Assembly: GCA_963843575.1 (NCBI GenBank)
Contig: CAWJKZ010000025.1
Location: forward strand, 256,001-320,000
DNA from: an uncultured Acidobacteriota bacterium
GTDB lineage: Bacteria; Acidobacteriota; UBA6911
Direction: 5' to 3'
Length of the DNA stretch: 64,000 bases
In this document: in pieces, positions 29,842 through 40,706 of the stretch
Layout of the letters: each line of letters opens with the position of its first letter
How positions within the stretch are numbered: the stretch's first letter is position 1
Program-made: the position numbers and the translations under genes
Notes under the pieces: model-generated
Told to the model about the DNA's origin: nothing
The model's database searches: none
What the model saw: only the letters and a program-made list of their open reading frames with translations

Positions 29842-32800
29842 ATGAGATCGAGACACTACGCTCTTCTTTTCACCCTCGCGCTCTGCCTCGTGCCTGCGAC
29901 GCTTCCGGCACAGGTGGACACCGGTACCATAGTCGGCACCGTGAAGGACTCGACTGGGGGCGTACTCCCCGATGCCGTCGTCGTCGTGACCAACGTGGGC
30001 ACGGGGACAAAAACGACCCTGAGGACGGGGCCCGACGGCACCTTTGTGGCCACCCCGCTCAAGATCGGGGGCTATGCTATCTCGGTGGAGGCCCAGGGCT
30101 TCAAAACGGAAACCCGCAAGAACATCGTGTTGCAGGTCCAGGATCGGCTCAGGGTGGATTTCGAGCTCCAGGTGGGGGATATCAAGGACCAGGTGGTCGT
30201 CGAAGATGCGCCGCCCCTTCTGCAGACCGAAACCTCGTCGCTCGGCGACGTCATCAGCAGCTCCCAGGTGACGTCTCTCCCGCTCAACGGCCGCGACTAC
30301 ACGCTGTTGGCCACCCTGACCGCCGGGGTCTCCAGGACGGATCTCGGGGACAACGGCAACAACGGGGGAAGCTTCGCCTCGAACGGGGCGCGCGCCACGC
30401 TGAACAACTTCCTGCTCGACGGGATCGACAACAACTCGAACGATAACGGGCGGAACGTCCTGCAGACCAGCGTCGACGCCATCGCCGAGTTCAAGGTCCA
30501 GACCAACTCCTACTCCGCCGAATTCGGGCGAAGCGGGGGAGCCGTCATCAACGCGACGATCAAGTCCGGCTCGAACGATTTTCACGGGTCGGTGTTCGAA
30601 TTCCTCCGCAACTCCGCCCTGGACGCCCGCGACTATTTCGCCGATCCGAACTCGTCGAAGCCGTTGTTCCAGTTGAACCAGTTCGGCGGGACCATCGGGG
30701 GCCCCATCATCCGGAACAAGACGTTCTTCTTCGCGGACTACCAGGGCAGTATCTTGAATGACGGCCAGACCATAATCTCGACCGTGCCCATGCCAGCCGA
30801 GCGGAACGGCGATTTCTCCGGATCCGGCGTGAACATCTATGACCCGGCGACCACCGATGCGGCCAACGGCAACGCCAGGCAACAGTTCACGAACAACCAG
30901 ATCCCGGCCAGCCGCTTCGATCCCGTCGCGAAGGCGTTCATGGACCTCTATCCGGACCCGAACGTGGCCGGCGCCGTGCGCAACAACTACATCACCACCG
31001 GGAAATTCACGGACAAGGTCCACTCGACCAACCTCCGGCTCGATCACAGCTTCTCCCAGAACAACCAGCTGTTTGGCCGCTTTGCCTATAACAAACAGCA
31101 CACGGAGACCCCGGCGCCGCTTCCGGGGCTGGCGAACGGCGGCGGCTCCCGCACCGGCGACACCTTCATCAACGCCGAGGGCGTGTCCATCGGCGACACC
31201 CACACGCTGAATCCGTCGACCATCAACGAACTGCGCATCGGCTTCACGCGTCTCAAGGAAGACCGCGGCCTCCCCTTCGACGGCCAGAACTTCCCCGCGG
31301 CTGCACTGCGGGTCCCCGGCGTACCGGACAACCCGACGACCAACGGGCTCGCGGCGCTGCAGCCCGGCGGATACCGCAGGGTGGGGGATCCGTCCTTTTC
31401 CCCGACCCTGATCACGACCTACGAATCCCAGCTCTCGGACACCCTGAGCATGATCCGCGGGACCCACACGATCAAGTTCGGGGTTCAGCTCCGCCGCAGC
31501 CAGTTCAACATCTTCCAGGTAAACGCCCCGCGCGGCCGCCTTTCCTTCAACGGCCGGTTCACGCGCGATCCCGTCTCGGGCGATGGCGGGCAGGCCCTCG
31601 CAGACATGCTCCTTGGGCTCACCAACACGGCACGGCTCTCCTCGCTCAGCGACCTGGGGAACCGGCAGGCCTCTTACGGCACGTTCATCATGGACGACTG
31701 GAAGGCCACGCCTCACCTGACCCTGAACCTCGGCCTGCGCTACGACTACACCCAGCCCATCGTCGAGGTCCACGACGAACAGGCGAACCTCGATTTCGCC
31801 ACGGGCGAGATCATCGTGCCGGATCTCAGCAAGATCACGGATCCCGGGAAATTCAAGTTCAAGCAGGGGAAGAACCGCGGGCTGGTCGACGGGGACAAGC
31901 TGAACTTCGCCCCCCGGGTCGGCTTCGCCTGGACGCCCTTTGCCGGGGGCAAGATGGTCATCCGCGGCGGCTACGGGATCTACTACAGCGCCCAGGAGTA
32001 CCGCACCGCCGGCGGCAACCAGCTCGCCTACAATCATACCCTTCTACGTCGAATCGGCCTTCAACAGCGCCGTCAACAGCAGCGCCGCGAAGATCAAGGT
32101 CAGCACCGGATTCCCGCCGCAGGACCTCTCGCAGGTCGTGGACGTCGCGGTCGTCTCCGCCGACTCCCGCCTCAAGTCGCCCTACTATCAGCACTGGAAT
32201 CTCAACATCCAGCAGCAGATCCCCTGGGCGGTGACCCTCGAAGTGGGATACGCCGGATCCAAAGGCACGCATCTGCAGGTAGGCACCGACCGGAATCAGG
32301 TCCCCAAGCCAGTCATTGGGAACGAAGAGCCCGACCGGCCCTACCCGCAGTACGGCCCATTCCTCAATTTCGAAAACCGCGGGAGCTCCAGCTACCACGC
32401 CCTCCAGATGAAGGCGACCAAGCGCCTCTCCCGGGGACTCGACTTCCTGAGCGCCTTCACTTACGGGAAGGCCATCGACGACCAGGGACCGGTCTGCTGT
32501 TCCTTCCTCTTCCCGCAGGACAGCATGAACACCAACGCGGAACGGGGTCGTTCCGACTTCGACCAGCGGATCCGGTCCGTGACCAGCTTCAATTACGACC
32601 TCCCGTTCGGCACCGGGCACGGCCATGCCTTCAGCAGCCCGGTCGCGGATGCCCTCCTGGGTGGCTGGTCGTTCGGCGGCATCATCACGTTCAGCTCGGG
32701 ATTCCCGTTCACGCCCCTCTGGCCGGACGACTCGTCCCGCACCTATTCGGAGTTCAGCCGGCCCAACCGCACGGCTGACGGGAACCTTCCGAAAAGCCAG

Positions 32801-33100
32801 CGCACGGTCCAGCACTGGTTCGATACGGATGCCTTCGGGGAACCGCCGCTGTTTACCTTCGGCACGGCGGGCCGCAACATCATCGACGGTCCGGGCGTCA
32901 CCAACCTCGACGTCTCGCTGCACAAGGAGTTCCGGTTCTCGGAGAACAAGCGGATGCAGTTCCGGGTGGAGTTCTTCAACTTCCTGAATCACCCCAACTT
33001 CGGGGCTCCGGGCCTCACCATCGGAGAGGATGCCGGAGAGATTACCGACACTTCGACCCGGCAGCGCCAGGTCCAGTTCGCGCTCAAGTTCGCATTCTGA
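29842..33100 (+). pseudogene. Oar-like TonB-dependent receptor with +1 frameshift at ~32035 (pseudogene or sequence error)
   Basis: Carboxypeptidase-regulatory N-domain, LPLNGRD, KSGSNDFHGS, LNLGLRY; AYN-c-IPFY junction; ends RQVQFALKFAF. Confidence 0.9.
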
Positions 33101-33221
33101 GACTCGGCCTCTGCGCGATTGCGCTGCAGCAGCCGGGAGCGCGGCAGCATTTCTTCCGAGCCCGGGGGGGGGCGGCTTACGAAGCTCATCCCCCGGGCTC
33201 GAACTTCATGCGAGGGGGGCG

Positions 33222-34748
33222 ATGATGAGGCGAAGGGCATTCATAAAGGCGGCGGCTCTGGCGGCTTACGTTCCCAGCCACAACTGGGACAAGTACGATT
33301 TTGGCTCGGGACCGCCGGTGAGGGACCGCCTGAACCAGGGGCCGTTCCCGCAGTACCCCCCGGAGCAGCTGTTCCCTGGCGGCGACGTCCTGATGGCCAC
33401 GACCCCTTCCGAGGAAGTCGTGCCCAACTTCGGCAGGGGGCTCATCACCTACATCGCGGCCGACATGGGGCTGGCCGAAATCGTGTCGGACAACAAGGCG
33501 GAGGCAATCGAAAAACTGGTCCGCCTGCCGCTGGGCCAGAAGCTCTACATCCGACCGACCTGGCGGGAGGTTCAGCAGCGCAGGGGACGCCTGGATTTCC
33601 CCGACTATTGGAAGCTCACGTTCGAGCTTGCGAAGAAACACCAAAAGAGGGTCGGGTTTCGGATTCAGATGAGGGCCCCGGACTACGATCAGGAGGCCCT
33701 GCCCGACTTCGTGCTGGACAAGGTCCCGATGGTGAGGCTCGCCGGGGAGTGGAAACGAGGTGCCGGCTCCGCGCGGGGGCAAAAGAAGTTTTTCGAGGAG
33801 CCCCGCTACGATCACCCGAATTTCCAGGAGGCGTTCAAGGAACTCAACCAGCTCCTGGCAGCGGAGTTGAACGGAAATCCCTCGGTCGAATTCATGGACA
33901 CCTTCATGTACGGGTTCTGGGGCGAGGGGCACACGTGGCCGTTCACCAACACCCCGTTCCCGGACTACCAGACGGCCGAGCGCACCTGGATACAGATTTG
34001 GGAGACGCAGGCGGAGAATTGGACCCGCACGCCGCTGGTGACCAATACACAGCCCGATTTCAGCCGCGTCGGGAATTCCGAGATCGTCGACCGCAGCGTG
34101 CGCAGCCACAACTGGCTCCGCACGGACACGATCTTCATCGAAAACATGCAGATCGAGTCCATCGGCAACCGTCCTCCGTGGACGGCGGCGATCCTCGAGG
34201 TGGCGATGTCAGACGGCTCCGCCGACTCGCTGCGGATCAGCGAAGGGGTCACGGCCACGGACAACGCCATCGCCCACGTCATGGACGTCGGCGCAAACTA
34301 CTGGTCGTTGTGGAACTTCCACAAGATCAGCGCCGAAGGGATCCAGCACTACTACCAGCAGTATCCGGGCATGATCGACAGGATCAGTCGAAAGGTCGGG
34401 TACAACGTCCGGCCTTCTTTCGTCTGGTGTTACGAGACGGAGAATCACCCGGGACTGATCATAGGCTTCGCCAATGACGGCATCGCGGGCGTTCCCGGGG
34501 TTCTTCGGGTTTCGGTCGCCAGCGACGACGGGAAGATCAACGTCGGAGGCGGCCTCGATCCGGGATACCCGCTGCCCGGAAAAATCCGGCAGGCGCAGTT
34601 CACACTGCCGCAGGGGACGCGTTGGGAGGGGCTCAAACTCCGTGCGGAACTCGAGGTGAAGGGTGTGCGGTACCCGGTGCGCTGGGCGTGCCGCCAGGAA
34701 ACCAATCCAGACGGCTCACTCACACTGCGTCGAAACCTGCGCCGGTAG
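33222..34748 (+). CDS. Tat-exported hypothetical protein, possible glycoside-hydrolase TIM barrel
   Basis: RRRAFIK, YIRPTWREVQ...GRLDF, GFWGEGH. Confidence 0.65.
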   Translation: MMRRRAFIKAAALAAYVPSHNWDKYDFGSGPPVRDRLNQGPFPQYPPEQLFPGGDVLMATTPSEEVVPNFGRGLITYIAADMGLAEIVSDNKAEAIEKLVRLPLGQKLYIRPTWREVQQRRGRLDFPDYWKLTFELAKKHQKRVGFRIQMRAPDYDQEALPDFVLDKVPMVRLAGEWKRGAGSARGQKKFFEEPRYDHPNFQEAFKELNQLLAAELNGNPSVEFMDTFMYGFWGEGHTWPFTNTPFPDYQTAERTWIQIWETQAENWTRTPLVTNTQPDFSRVGNSEIVDRSVRSHNWLRTDTIFIENMQIESIGNRPPWTAAILEVAMSDGSADSLRISEGVTATDNAIAHVMDVGANYWSLWNFHKISAEGIQHYYQQYPGMIDRISRKVGYNVRPSFVWCYETENHPGLIIGFANDGIAGVPGVLRVSVASDDGKINVGGGLDPGYPLPGKIRQAQFTLPQGTRWEGLKLRAELEVKGVRYPVRWACRQETNPDGSLTLRRNLRR

Positions 34749-34757
34749 CGAAGTGGG

Positions 34758-34995
34758 GCTTCATTGTGGAGTGCGGCGGCTCGGCGCCGCCACAGGCCGA
34801 GGTCGCAGGGTCGCATCCATCAATTCGGCATGGCGCCGAGGCGCCGAGCATTCCTGCCGCAGCACCTAAGTAAAAGCGGCGCCGAGGCGCCGCACTCCAG
34901 ATTACTTCAGCTTCATTGTGGAGTGCGGCGGCTCGACGCCGCTTTGGTGGCGGCGCCTCGGCGCCGCCACAGGCCGAGGTCGCAGGGTCGCATCG
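34758..34995. repeat. REP family B (GGAG-TGCGGCGGC...GCCGC), tandem units; other copies ~42826-42900, 45436-45517, 46369-46500, 52005-52172
   Basis: tggagtgcggcggctcg(a/g)cgccgc...ggccgaggtcgcagggtcg...gcggcgccgaggcgccgcactccag. Confidence 0.85.
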
Positions 34996-35023
34996 CAAGA
35001 CGGGAACCCGGGGGACCAAAACC

Positions 35024-35722
35024 ATGTCCGTCTACAAGCTCTCGCTCCTTTGTGCGTTTGGTGCGGTCTGGGTCTGGGCTGCCATTCACCCGTTGTTCCC
35101 GCACGACTGGCTGCTCGAAAACTACCTCGTGTTTATCTTCCTGCCGGCCATCCTGATCTCGGGCCGGTACCTGAAGCTCTCAGACACGTCCTACACGCTG
35201 ATCACGCTCTTCATGATCCTGCACGTGATCGGCTCGCACTATACCTACGCGGAGGTGCCGTTCGGCGAAACCCTGAAGCGGTGGCTCGGGGCGGAACGCA
35301 ACATGTATGACCGGCTCGTTCACTTCACGTTCGGCTTGCTACTCGCCTATCCGATGCGGGAGGTGTTCATCCGACTGTCAAAGGTCAAGGGATTCTGGGG
35401 ATTCTACCTGCCCTTCGACCTCACCTTGTCGTTTTCGGCACTCTACGAGATCATCGAGTGGTTGATCGCCCGGAACGTGGCCCCGGCCGCGGGGATCGCG
35501 TTCCTCGGGGCGCAAGGGGACATCTGGGACGCCCAGAAGGACATGACGATGGCGGGAATCGGCGCGCTCCTGGCCATGATCATCATCGGGATCATCAACT
35601 GGAAGCTGAACCCGGATTTCGTCCGGGAATTCCGGTCGAGTTTCCACATCGAGAAAGGCGACAGGCCGCTGGGCGAGCAGAAGCTGCAGGAGTGGCTTGG
35701 ACGAAGGCGCGCGCGCCGCTGA
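35024..35722 (+). CDS. DUF2238/YjdF-like inner membrane protein
   Basis: DWLLEN, HYTYAEVP, RNMYDRLVHF, YEIIEW, QGDIWDAQKDM. Confidence 0.9.
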   Translation: MSVYKLSLLCAFGAVWVWAAIHPLFPHDWLLENYLVFIFLPAILISGRYLKLSDTSYTLITLFMILHVIGSHYTYAEVPFGETLKRWLGAERNMYDRLVHFTFGLLLAYPMREVFIRLSKVKGFWGFYLPFDLTLSFSALYEIIEWLIARNVAPAAGIAFLGAQGDIWDAQKDMTMAGIGALLAMIIIGIINWKLNPDFVREFRSSFHIEKGDRPLGEQKLQEWLGRRRARR

Positions 35723-35737
35723 CTTCCGGAGACTGCC

Positions 35738-38700
35738 GTGGAACTTGCCTTCACTTCCGTCGACGCTCCGGCAGAGGGTCTTCTTCGCCAGATCTACGGC
35801 TTGAGCTTTGAACTCAGCCGCACGTACGACAATCCTTGCGACCCGGCCGAGATCGCCGCGGAGGCGGAGTTCGAGCTCCCCTCCGGCCGCAGGCTGGTCG
35901 TCCCGGCCTTCTGGTTCCAGGACTACGCGGTCGTTTCGGGCACAGAAAGCTACGAACAGTATCTTCCCGTCGGGACGGCTCACTGGCGGGCGCGGTTCCT
36001 CGCCTCCGAGCCGGGAGCACATCAGGTTCGTTTGCGCGCCAGGGATCGCGGCGGCCCGGCGGCCGAGGCAGGCCCCTTCGCCTGCGCGATCGGCACGGAG
36101 TCCCGGGCGCGGGGACCCGTGGGGCGGCATCCCTCGGACCCGCTGGCCCTCGCCTTCGCCGACGGGTTTCCCTACCACCCGCGCGGCCACAACGTCGCCT
36201 TCGAGGACGGCAATCCCGAACTCGACGGGAGTTCCTATTACCGCGCGCTCCTGTCCAGCCTCGCCGCAGCCGGCGAAAACTGGACCCGGTTCTGGATGAC
36301 CGATTTTGCGCGGACAGCACTCGAGTGGGGTCGGAGCCACTTCTCCGGCTTTTATTCCGGGGCTGGGGTCTACTCCCAGCGCGCCGCCTGGCGCGTGGAC
36401 CGTTTCATGGACCTCGCGCTGGCCGGAGACATCCAGGTTCAACTCGTCCTCAACGACCACGGCCAGTTCAGCTCCTACGTCAACCCCCGCTGGGACGAGG
36501 GGAACCCTTACGGATCGGCCGAGGGCGGGCCGGTGCCCCAGGGGAACCCCGAGCTCTTCTTCACGAACCCGTCCGCGCGCGAGCTGTTCCGGCGGCGGCT
36601 GCGTTACATCGTCGCGCGCTGGGGCGCCTACCCTAACCTGCTGTGCTGGGAACTGTGGAACGAGGTGCAGTTTGCCGGCTCGCAGGCGCGCAATTTCCGG
36701 AGCGACGCCGCGACCCGCTCCGCCGTCGTCGAGTGGCACCGCGAGATGGCGAGCCGCCTGAAGGAGCTCGACCCCTTCGGGCACATGGTCACCACCAGTT
36801 CCGACGATCCGGGGTATCCGGGCTGGTCCCCGATCTGGAACCTGCCGGCCGTCGACATGGTCCAGAGTCACCACTACGCCCAGCCCGCCGCGGCCCGCGA
36901 CGCGCGGATCGTGGAATACGTCGACGCGGCGGGTCAAGCCTATGGCAAGCCGGTGGTCGTGGCGGAGATGGGGGTCAAGGCAAGCGCCGAGCCCGAGAGC
37001 AACTACAATCCGGACACGTTCCGGGCAAATACCGCCGTCCCGGCGCGGGAGCGCACGGGCGCAAACCGCGGGCACCTCAGCGCAGGGACCACGCTCCGCA
37101 ACGGAATCTGGGCCGCGGCGATGCGCCGGAGCGGCGCGATGAACTGGTGGTGGGGCTGTTATCTCCACCCCGACCCGCGCCAGGGCCGGGGCTCCCCTGA
37201 TTTTCCCCTGAACGAACGGCTGTTTCCGCCCCTCGCCGAATTCTGGGGGGGCGAGCACCTGGCGCCGCCGCCGCAGAACGCCGCACTTGCCCTTACAGGG
37301 GAACTCGTCGGGTACGGCCTCCAGGGTGCCGACCGCGCCTACGTCTGGCTGAGAGACGCCCGCGAGGCCTATGACAGCGGCTTTGGACCGGCCTCGGCCG
37401 AGGACCGCCGCGTCGAGGGGGCCTCCCTGACCCTGACGGGACTCAACTCCGGGTCCTATGTCGTCTCCCCATTCGCCACCGAGGCCGGCGCCCTGGCCGC
37501 GCCGGAGTTCCTCGCGGTTGCCGCGAACGGGCGGCTCCAGGTGCCGCTCCCCCCCGTCACCGGCGATATAGCCCTGAAGATCACCGACGGAACGGAACGG
37601 GCCTGGGGCGTGGTGCCGCGCTCCGCTCGAGTCTGGGTTACCGCCGAAACGGCCGGAACGGCTGTGACGGGCCATGCGCGACTGCACCCCGCTCACGGCT
37701 CGCCCGCCCCGGCGGCCGGCGCCATCCTCACTCTCTTCCAGGGCGGGAACCCGGTCTCCGAACTGATGGTCCCGGCGGTGCCGGCCGCACGCAGTTGCTG
37801 GTCCGCCGCGGAGATCGGCGCCCCTGCGGAGGTGGGGTGGGCCGCGGCAAACCCGGGCGATGCTGGGGCCGTCGCGCGACTGGAACTCTTCGACGCTTCA
37901 GGGCAGCTCCTGCGGACGCGCACCCTCGAACTCCCGCCCGGGGGACACACCGCGCGCTTCCTGTTCGAACTGTTTCCGGGGGTGTCCGGCCCGTTCCGTG
38001 GGACCCTGCACGTGACCAGCGACCGGCCGCTGGCCGCGCTCACCCTCAGGGGCACGCAGAACGAGCGCGGGGAGTTCGTTCTCACCACGCTTCCGGCATC
38101 CAGGGGTTCCGAACCCGAAGCGCGCGGGGCCGTCGTGCTGCCGCAGGCCACCGACGGAGGCGGCTACCAAACCGAATGGTTGATGGTCAACCCCTACGAC
38201 GTCGGGCTCGAGGGCACCCTGCGCTTTCACAGACCGGACGGGAGCCCCTGGGCACCGGCCGTGAACGGGACCGCGACGCCCGAGCGAGACTACTCGATAG
38301 CACCCCACGGGATCGTGCGGGAAATCTCGTCGGGGGCGGGCGCGACCGTCGAGCCGGGATACTGCACGCTGGATGCCGGCGACGGTCGCCTTCCCGTCGC
38401 GGCCGCCGTCATTCGTTTCTCCCGCCCCGGATTGCAGAGCGAAACTGGGGTCCCTTTCGTCCGGCCAGCCTTCTCGGCCGCTACCTTCTGGGAAGGGGGG
38501 AGCGAAACCGACACGGGCGTGGCGCTCGCCAACAGCTCCTCCGAGGCGAGGCGAGTCCGCCTCGAGCTGTTTGCGCGGGCCGGGATCGAGAAGAAACTTC
38601 AGACGGAAATCGACCTGCCTCCGGGACACCACACCGCGCGGCTCCTGACGGAACTGTTCCCGGAGCTGCCGCCCGGACACGGCCTGCTGCGCTGCGCTTC

Positions 38701-38941
38701 GGACGGCCCGGTCGGATTCATGGCCTTGCGGATGCGCACGACGCCTCGCGGCGACTTGCTGACGAGCAGTCTCCGGATGGGCGACGCCGGCGGCACCGCG
38801 GAACTCGTGTTCCCCCGGCTGGCCTTTGGCGGAGCCTACGAGGAGCGGTTCGTCCTTCTCAACCCAGGAGACACCACCGCCGAAGGGCGCCTGCTCTTCT
38901 TCGACTCCTCCGGCGCACCGGTCCAGATGCTCTTCAAGTGA
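35738..38941 (+). CDS. DUF5060 + GH5-like glycoside hydrolase with acidobacterial C-terminal repeats
   Basis: NPCDP..VPAFW, YIVARWG, WELWNE, LDPFGHMVTTS, VVAEMG; repeated PxxxxGGGY modules. Confidence 0.75.
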   Translation: MELAFTSVDAPAEGLLRQIYGLSFELSRTYDNPCDPAEIAAEAEFELPSGRRLVVPAFWFQDYAVVSGTESYEQYLPVGTAHWRARFLASEPGAHQVRLRARDRGGPAAEAGPFACAIGTESRARGPVGRHPSDPLALAFADGFPYHPRGHNVAFEDGNPELDGSSYYRALLSSLAAAGENWTRFWMTDFARTALEWGRSHFSGFYSGAGVYSQRAAWRVDRFMDLALAGDIQVQLVLNDHGQFSSYVNPRWDEGNPYGSAEGGPVPQGNPELFFTNPSARELFRRRLRYIVARWGAYPNLLCWELWNEVQFAGSQARNFRSDAATRSAVVEWHREMASRLKELDPFGHMVTTSSDDPGYPGWSPIWNLPAVDMVQSHHYAQPAAARDARIVEYVDAAGQAYGKPVVVAEMGVKASAEPESNYNPDTFRANTAVPARERTGANRGHLSAGTTLRNGIWAAAMRRSGAMNWWWGCYLHPDPRQGRGSPDFPLNERLFPPLAEFWGGEHLAPPPQNAALALTGELVGYGLQGADRAYVWLRDAREAYDSGFGPASAEDRRVEGASLTLTGLNSGSYVVSPFATEAGALAAPEFLAVAANGRLQVPLPPVTGDIALKITDGTERAWGVVPRSARVWVTAETAGTAVTGHARLHPAHGSPAPAAGAILTLFQGGNPVSELMVPAVPAARSCWSAAEIGAPAEVGWAAANPGDAGAVARLELFDASGQLLRTRTLELPPGGHTARFLFELFPGVSGPFRGTLHVTSDRPLAALTLRGTQNERGEFVLTTLPASRGSEPEARGAVVLPQATDGGGYQTEWLMVNPYDVGLEGTLRFHRPDGSPWAPAVNGTATPERDYSIAPHGIVREISSGAGATVEPGYCTLDAGDGRLPVAAAVIRFSRPGLQSETGVPFVRPAFSAATFWEGGSETDTGVALANSSSEARRVRLELFARAGIEKKLQTEIDLPPGHHTARLLTELFPELPPGHGLLRCASDGPVGFMALRMRTTPRGDLLTSSLRMGDAGGTAELVFPRLAFGGAYEERFVLLNPGDTTAEGRLLFFDSSGAPVQMLFK

Positions 38942-38956
38942 TCGCCATCCACTACC

Positions 38957-39084
38957 CGAACACAGACAAAACAAGTGGGTCCGGGCTTGAGCCCGGACGC
39001 TGTGTGCGGCCGCTATAGCGTGCGCCCGTCGCCACATAGATCAGATCAAAAGACGTCCGGGCTGAAGCCCGGACCCACTTGCTT
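38957..39084. repeat. REP family C doublet (REPIN-like), copy 1
   Basis: gtgggtccgggcttgagcccggac - spacer - gtccgggctgaagcccggacccac. Confidence 0.85.
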
Positions 39085-39151
39085 TACGCGGGGGGCACAG
39101 GAACTAATCAACGACCTCCGCCGCGGCTCTGACGGAGAGAAAGGCAGTCCG

Positions 39152-40432
39152 CTAGCCCGTGGCAGGCTCGAACACCGGACGGCGCGGATCAATGAAAGCC
39201 CACGAAAGAGCCCCGATAAGGAAAAGAACGCCCATGAGGTAAAGTGGCAGGGACCAGTCGCCATAGCGCTCGACGAGATAGACCACGATCAGGGGGCTGA
39301 AAATGCTCCCCACCTGGCCCGACGTGTTCATGGCCGCGCTGACGACCCCGGCGTGTTTGCCGCCGATATCGATGCAGGTGCTCCAGGCCGCGCCGAGCGT
39401 GAACATGCTCGCGGCGGTCGCGACGGCGATCAGCACCGCGGCCGCGACCGGGCCGGCCGCGGCGCCGGCCATGAGCATGGCTGTTCCCGCAGCCAGGTAC
39501 GCCGCCCCGCCCACCCCCGCCCTGCCGGCGCGCAGGCCGAACCTGGCCGCGGCCCAATCCGTCGCCATGCCGCCGAACAGGTCGCCCAGGACGCTCAGGA
39601 GCAGCGGCATCCCGGCAAAGATCCCCAACAGGGCAGGAGAGAATTCGTGTTTCTCCTTTAGGTAGGTCGGCAGCCAGGTGATGCAGAAGTAGAACGCGTA
39701 ACTGTTCGGGAAGTACATGAGACACAGGAAGGGGATGTTGCGGTGCCCGAGGAGCCGCCGCCAGTAGGACCAGCTCGTCGCATGGGCGCCGCCGGCTTCG
39801 CGCCCCGCCAAAATGTGCTGCAGTTCCGCGGCGTTGACCTCGCGGTGCTCTTCGGGGTCGTCGCGAAACCAGCGGTGCCAGACCGTCGCCCAGACCAACC
39901 CGAGCAGCCCGAACAGGAGGAATACCGTCCGCCAGCCGACCAAGCGCCGCAACGCCATCACGACCACCGGCGTGATACCGCCGCCGAGGTGCGCACCCAC
40001 AAAGAATATCCCCTGAACCGTCCCGCGCTCCCCGCGCGGGATCCACCGGGAAAACGTGCGGGCCACGGAGGGCCAGGCCCCGGCCTCCCCCATGCCGAAC
40101 AGAAAGCGCGTCACCAGCATGGACCCATAGCTGAACGCGGCCCCCGTCGCCATCGTGAAGGCAGACCACCAGAGCACGATGCGGGTGAGGACGTTGCGTG
40201 TTCCCGTCCGGTCCGCCCACCACGCCGTCGGGATCTCAAAAAGGGCATAGGCGAGCGCGAAAGCACTGAAGACGTACCCCATCTGGGTCTTGCTGAGCGA
40301 CAGCCCCGCCCGAATGTCGTCCGAGAGGACGGCGATGCAGGCCCGGTCCAGGTACGTCAGCATCGCGAGCAGCACGGCTAACCCGACGACCCTGTAGCGG
40401 GCCCTGGTGGGCTGCTCACCCGCAGTCTTCAT
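39152..40432 (-). CDS. MFS transporter (ACS/hexuronate-glucarate type)
   Basis: [33 protein letters not shown]. Confidence 0.93.
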   Translation of the reverse strand: MKTAGEQPTRARYRVVGLAVLLAMLTYLDRACIAVLSDDIRAGLSLSKTQMGYVFSAFALAYALFEIPTAWWADRTGTRNVLTRIVLWWSAFTMATGAAFSYGSMLVTRFLFGMGEAGAWPSVARTFSRWIPRGERGTVQGIFFVGAHLGGGITPVVVMALRRLVGWRTVFLLFGLLGLVWATVWHRWFRDDPEEHREVNAAELQHILAGREAGGAHATSWSYWRRLLGHRNIPFLCLMYFPNSYAFYFCITWLPTYLKEKHEFSPALLGIFAGMPLLLSVLGDLFGGMATDWAAARFGLRAGRAGVGGAAYLAAGTAMLMAGAAAGPVAAAVLIAVATAASMFTLGAAWSTCIDIGGKHAGVVSAAMNTSGQVGSIFSPLIVVYLVERYGDWSLPLYLMGVLFLIGALSWAFIDPRRPVFEPATG

Positions 40433-40452
40433 GTCGTTCTCCGTCAACTGCT

Positions 40453-40580
40453 CGAACACAGACAAAACAAGTGGGTCCGGGCTTCAGCCCGGACGTCTTT
40501 TGATCTGAGCTATATGGCGACGGGCGCACAATATAGCGAGCCCAAACTGCGTCCGGGCTGAAGCCCGGACCCACTTGCTT
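40453..40580. repeat. REP family C doublet, copy 2 (spacer inverted relative to copy 1); copy 3 at ~51890-51985
   Basis: Same cgaacacagacaaaacaa left flank and cttgctt right flank as copy 1. Confidence 0.85.
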
Positions 40581-40706
40581 GGCGGGGCTGTATTATACGC
40601 CTTTGAAATCCGTCGAGTCCTGCGACTCTTCGAGGTGGGTTCTGCGGCTCCCCACCCGGAATCGTGGGTTTACGATCGTCGCGCCGTCCCGTACAATCTG
40701 ATTTCT

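Noticed and set aside
29803-32037. Long antisense ORFs (e.g. 744 aa here, 772 aa at 35378, 543 aa at 46648) and the alternate-frame 804 aa ORF at 57844
   Set aside because: Shadow ORFs of high-GC genes with no family motifs.
32030-32040. Programmed frameshift or phase variation in the TonB receptor
   Set aside because: No slippery heptamer or homopolymer at the junction; a single-base indel or sequencing error is more likely.
34758-34995. Tandem repeats as a possible CRISPR array
   Set aside because: Units are palindromic REP-like with non-unique spacers, are dispersed through the window, and no cas genes are present.
35720-35737. In-frame TGA between the DUF2238 gene and the 35738 ORF as possible read-through
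   Set aside because: No Cys-like motif context or obvious SECIS; DUF2238 is complete at that stop.
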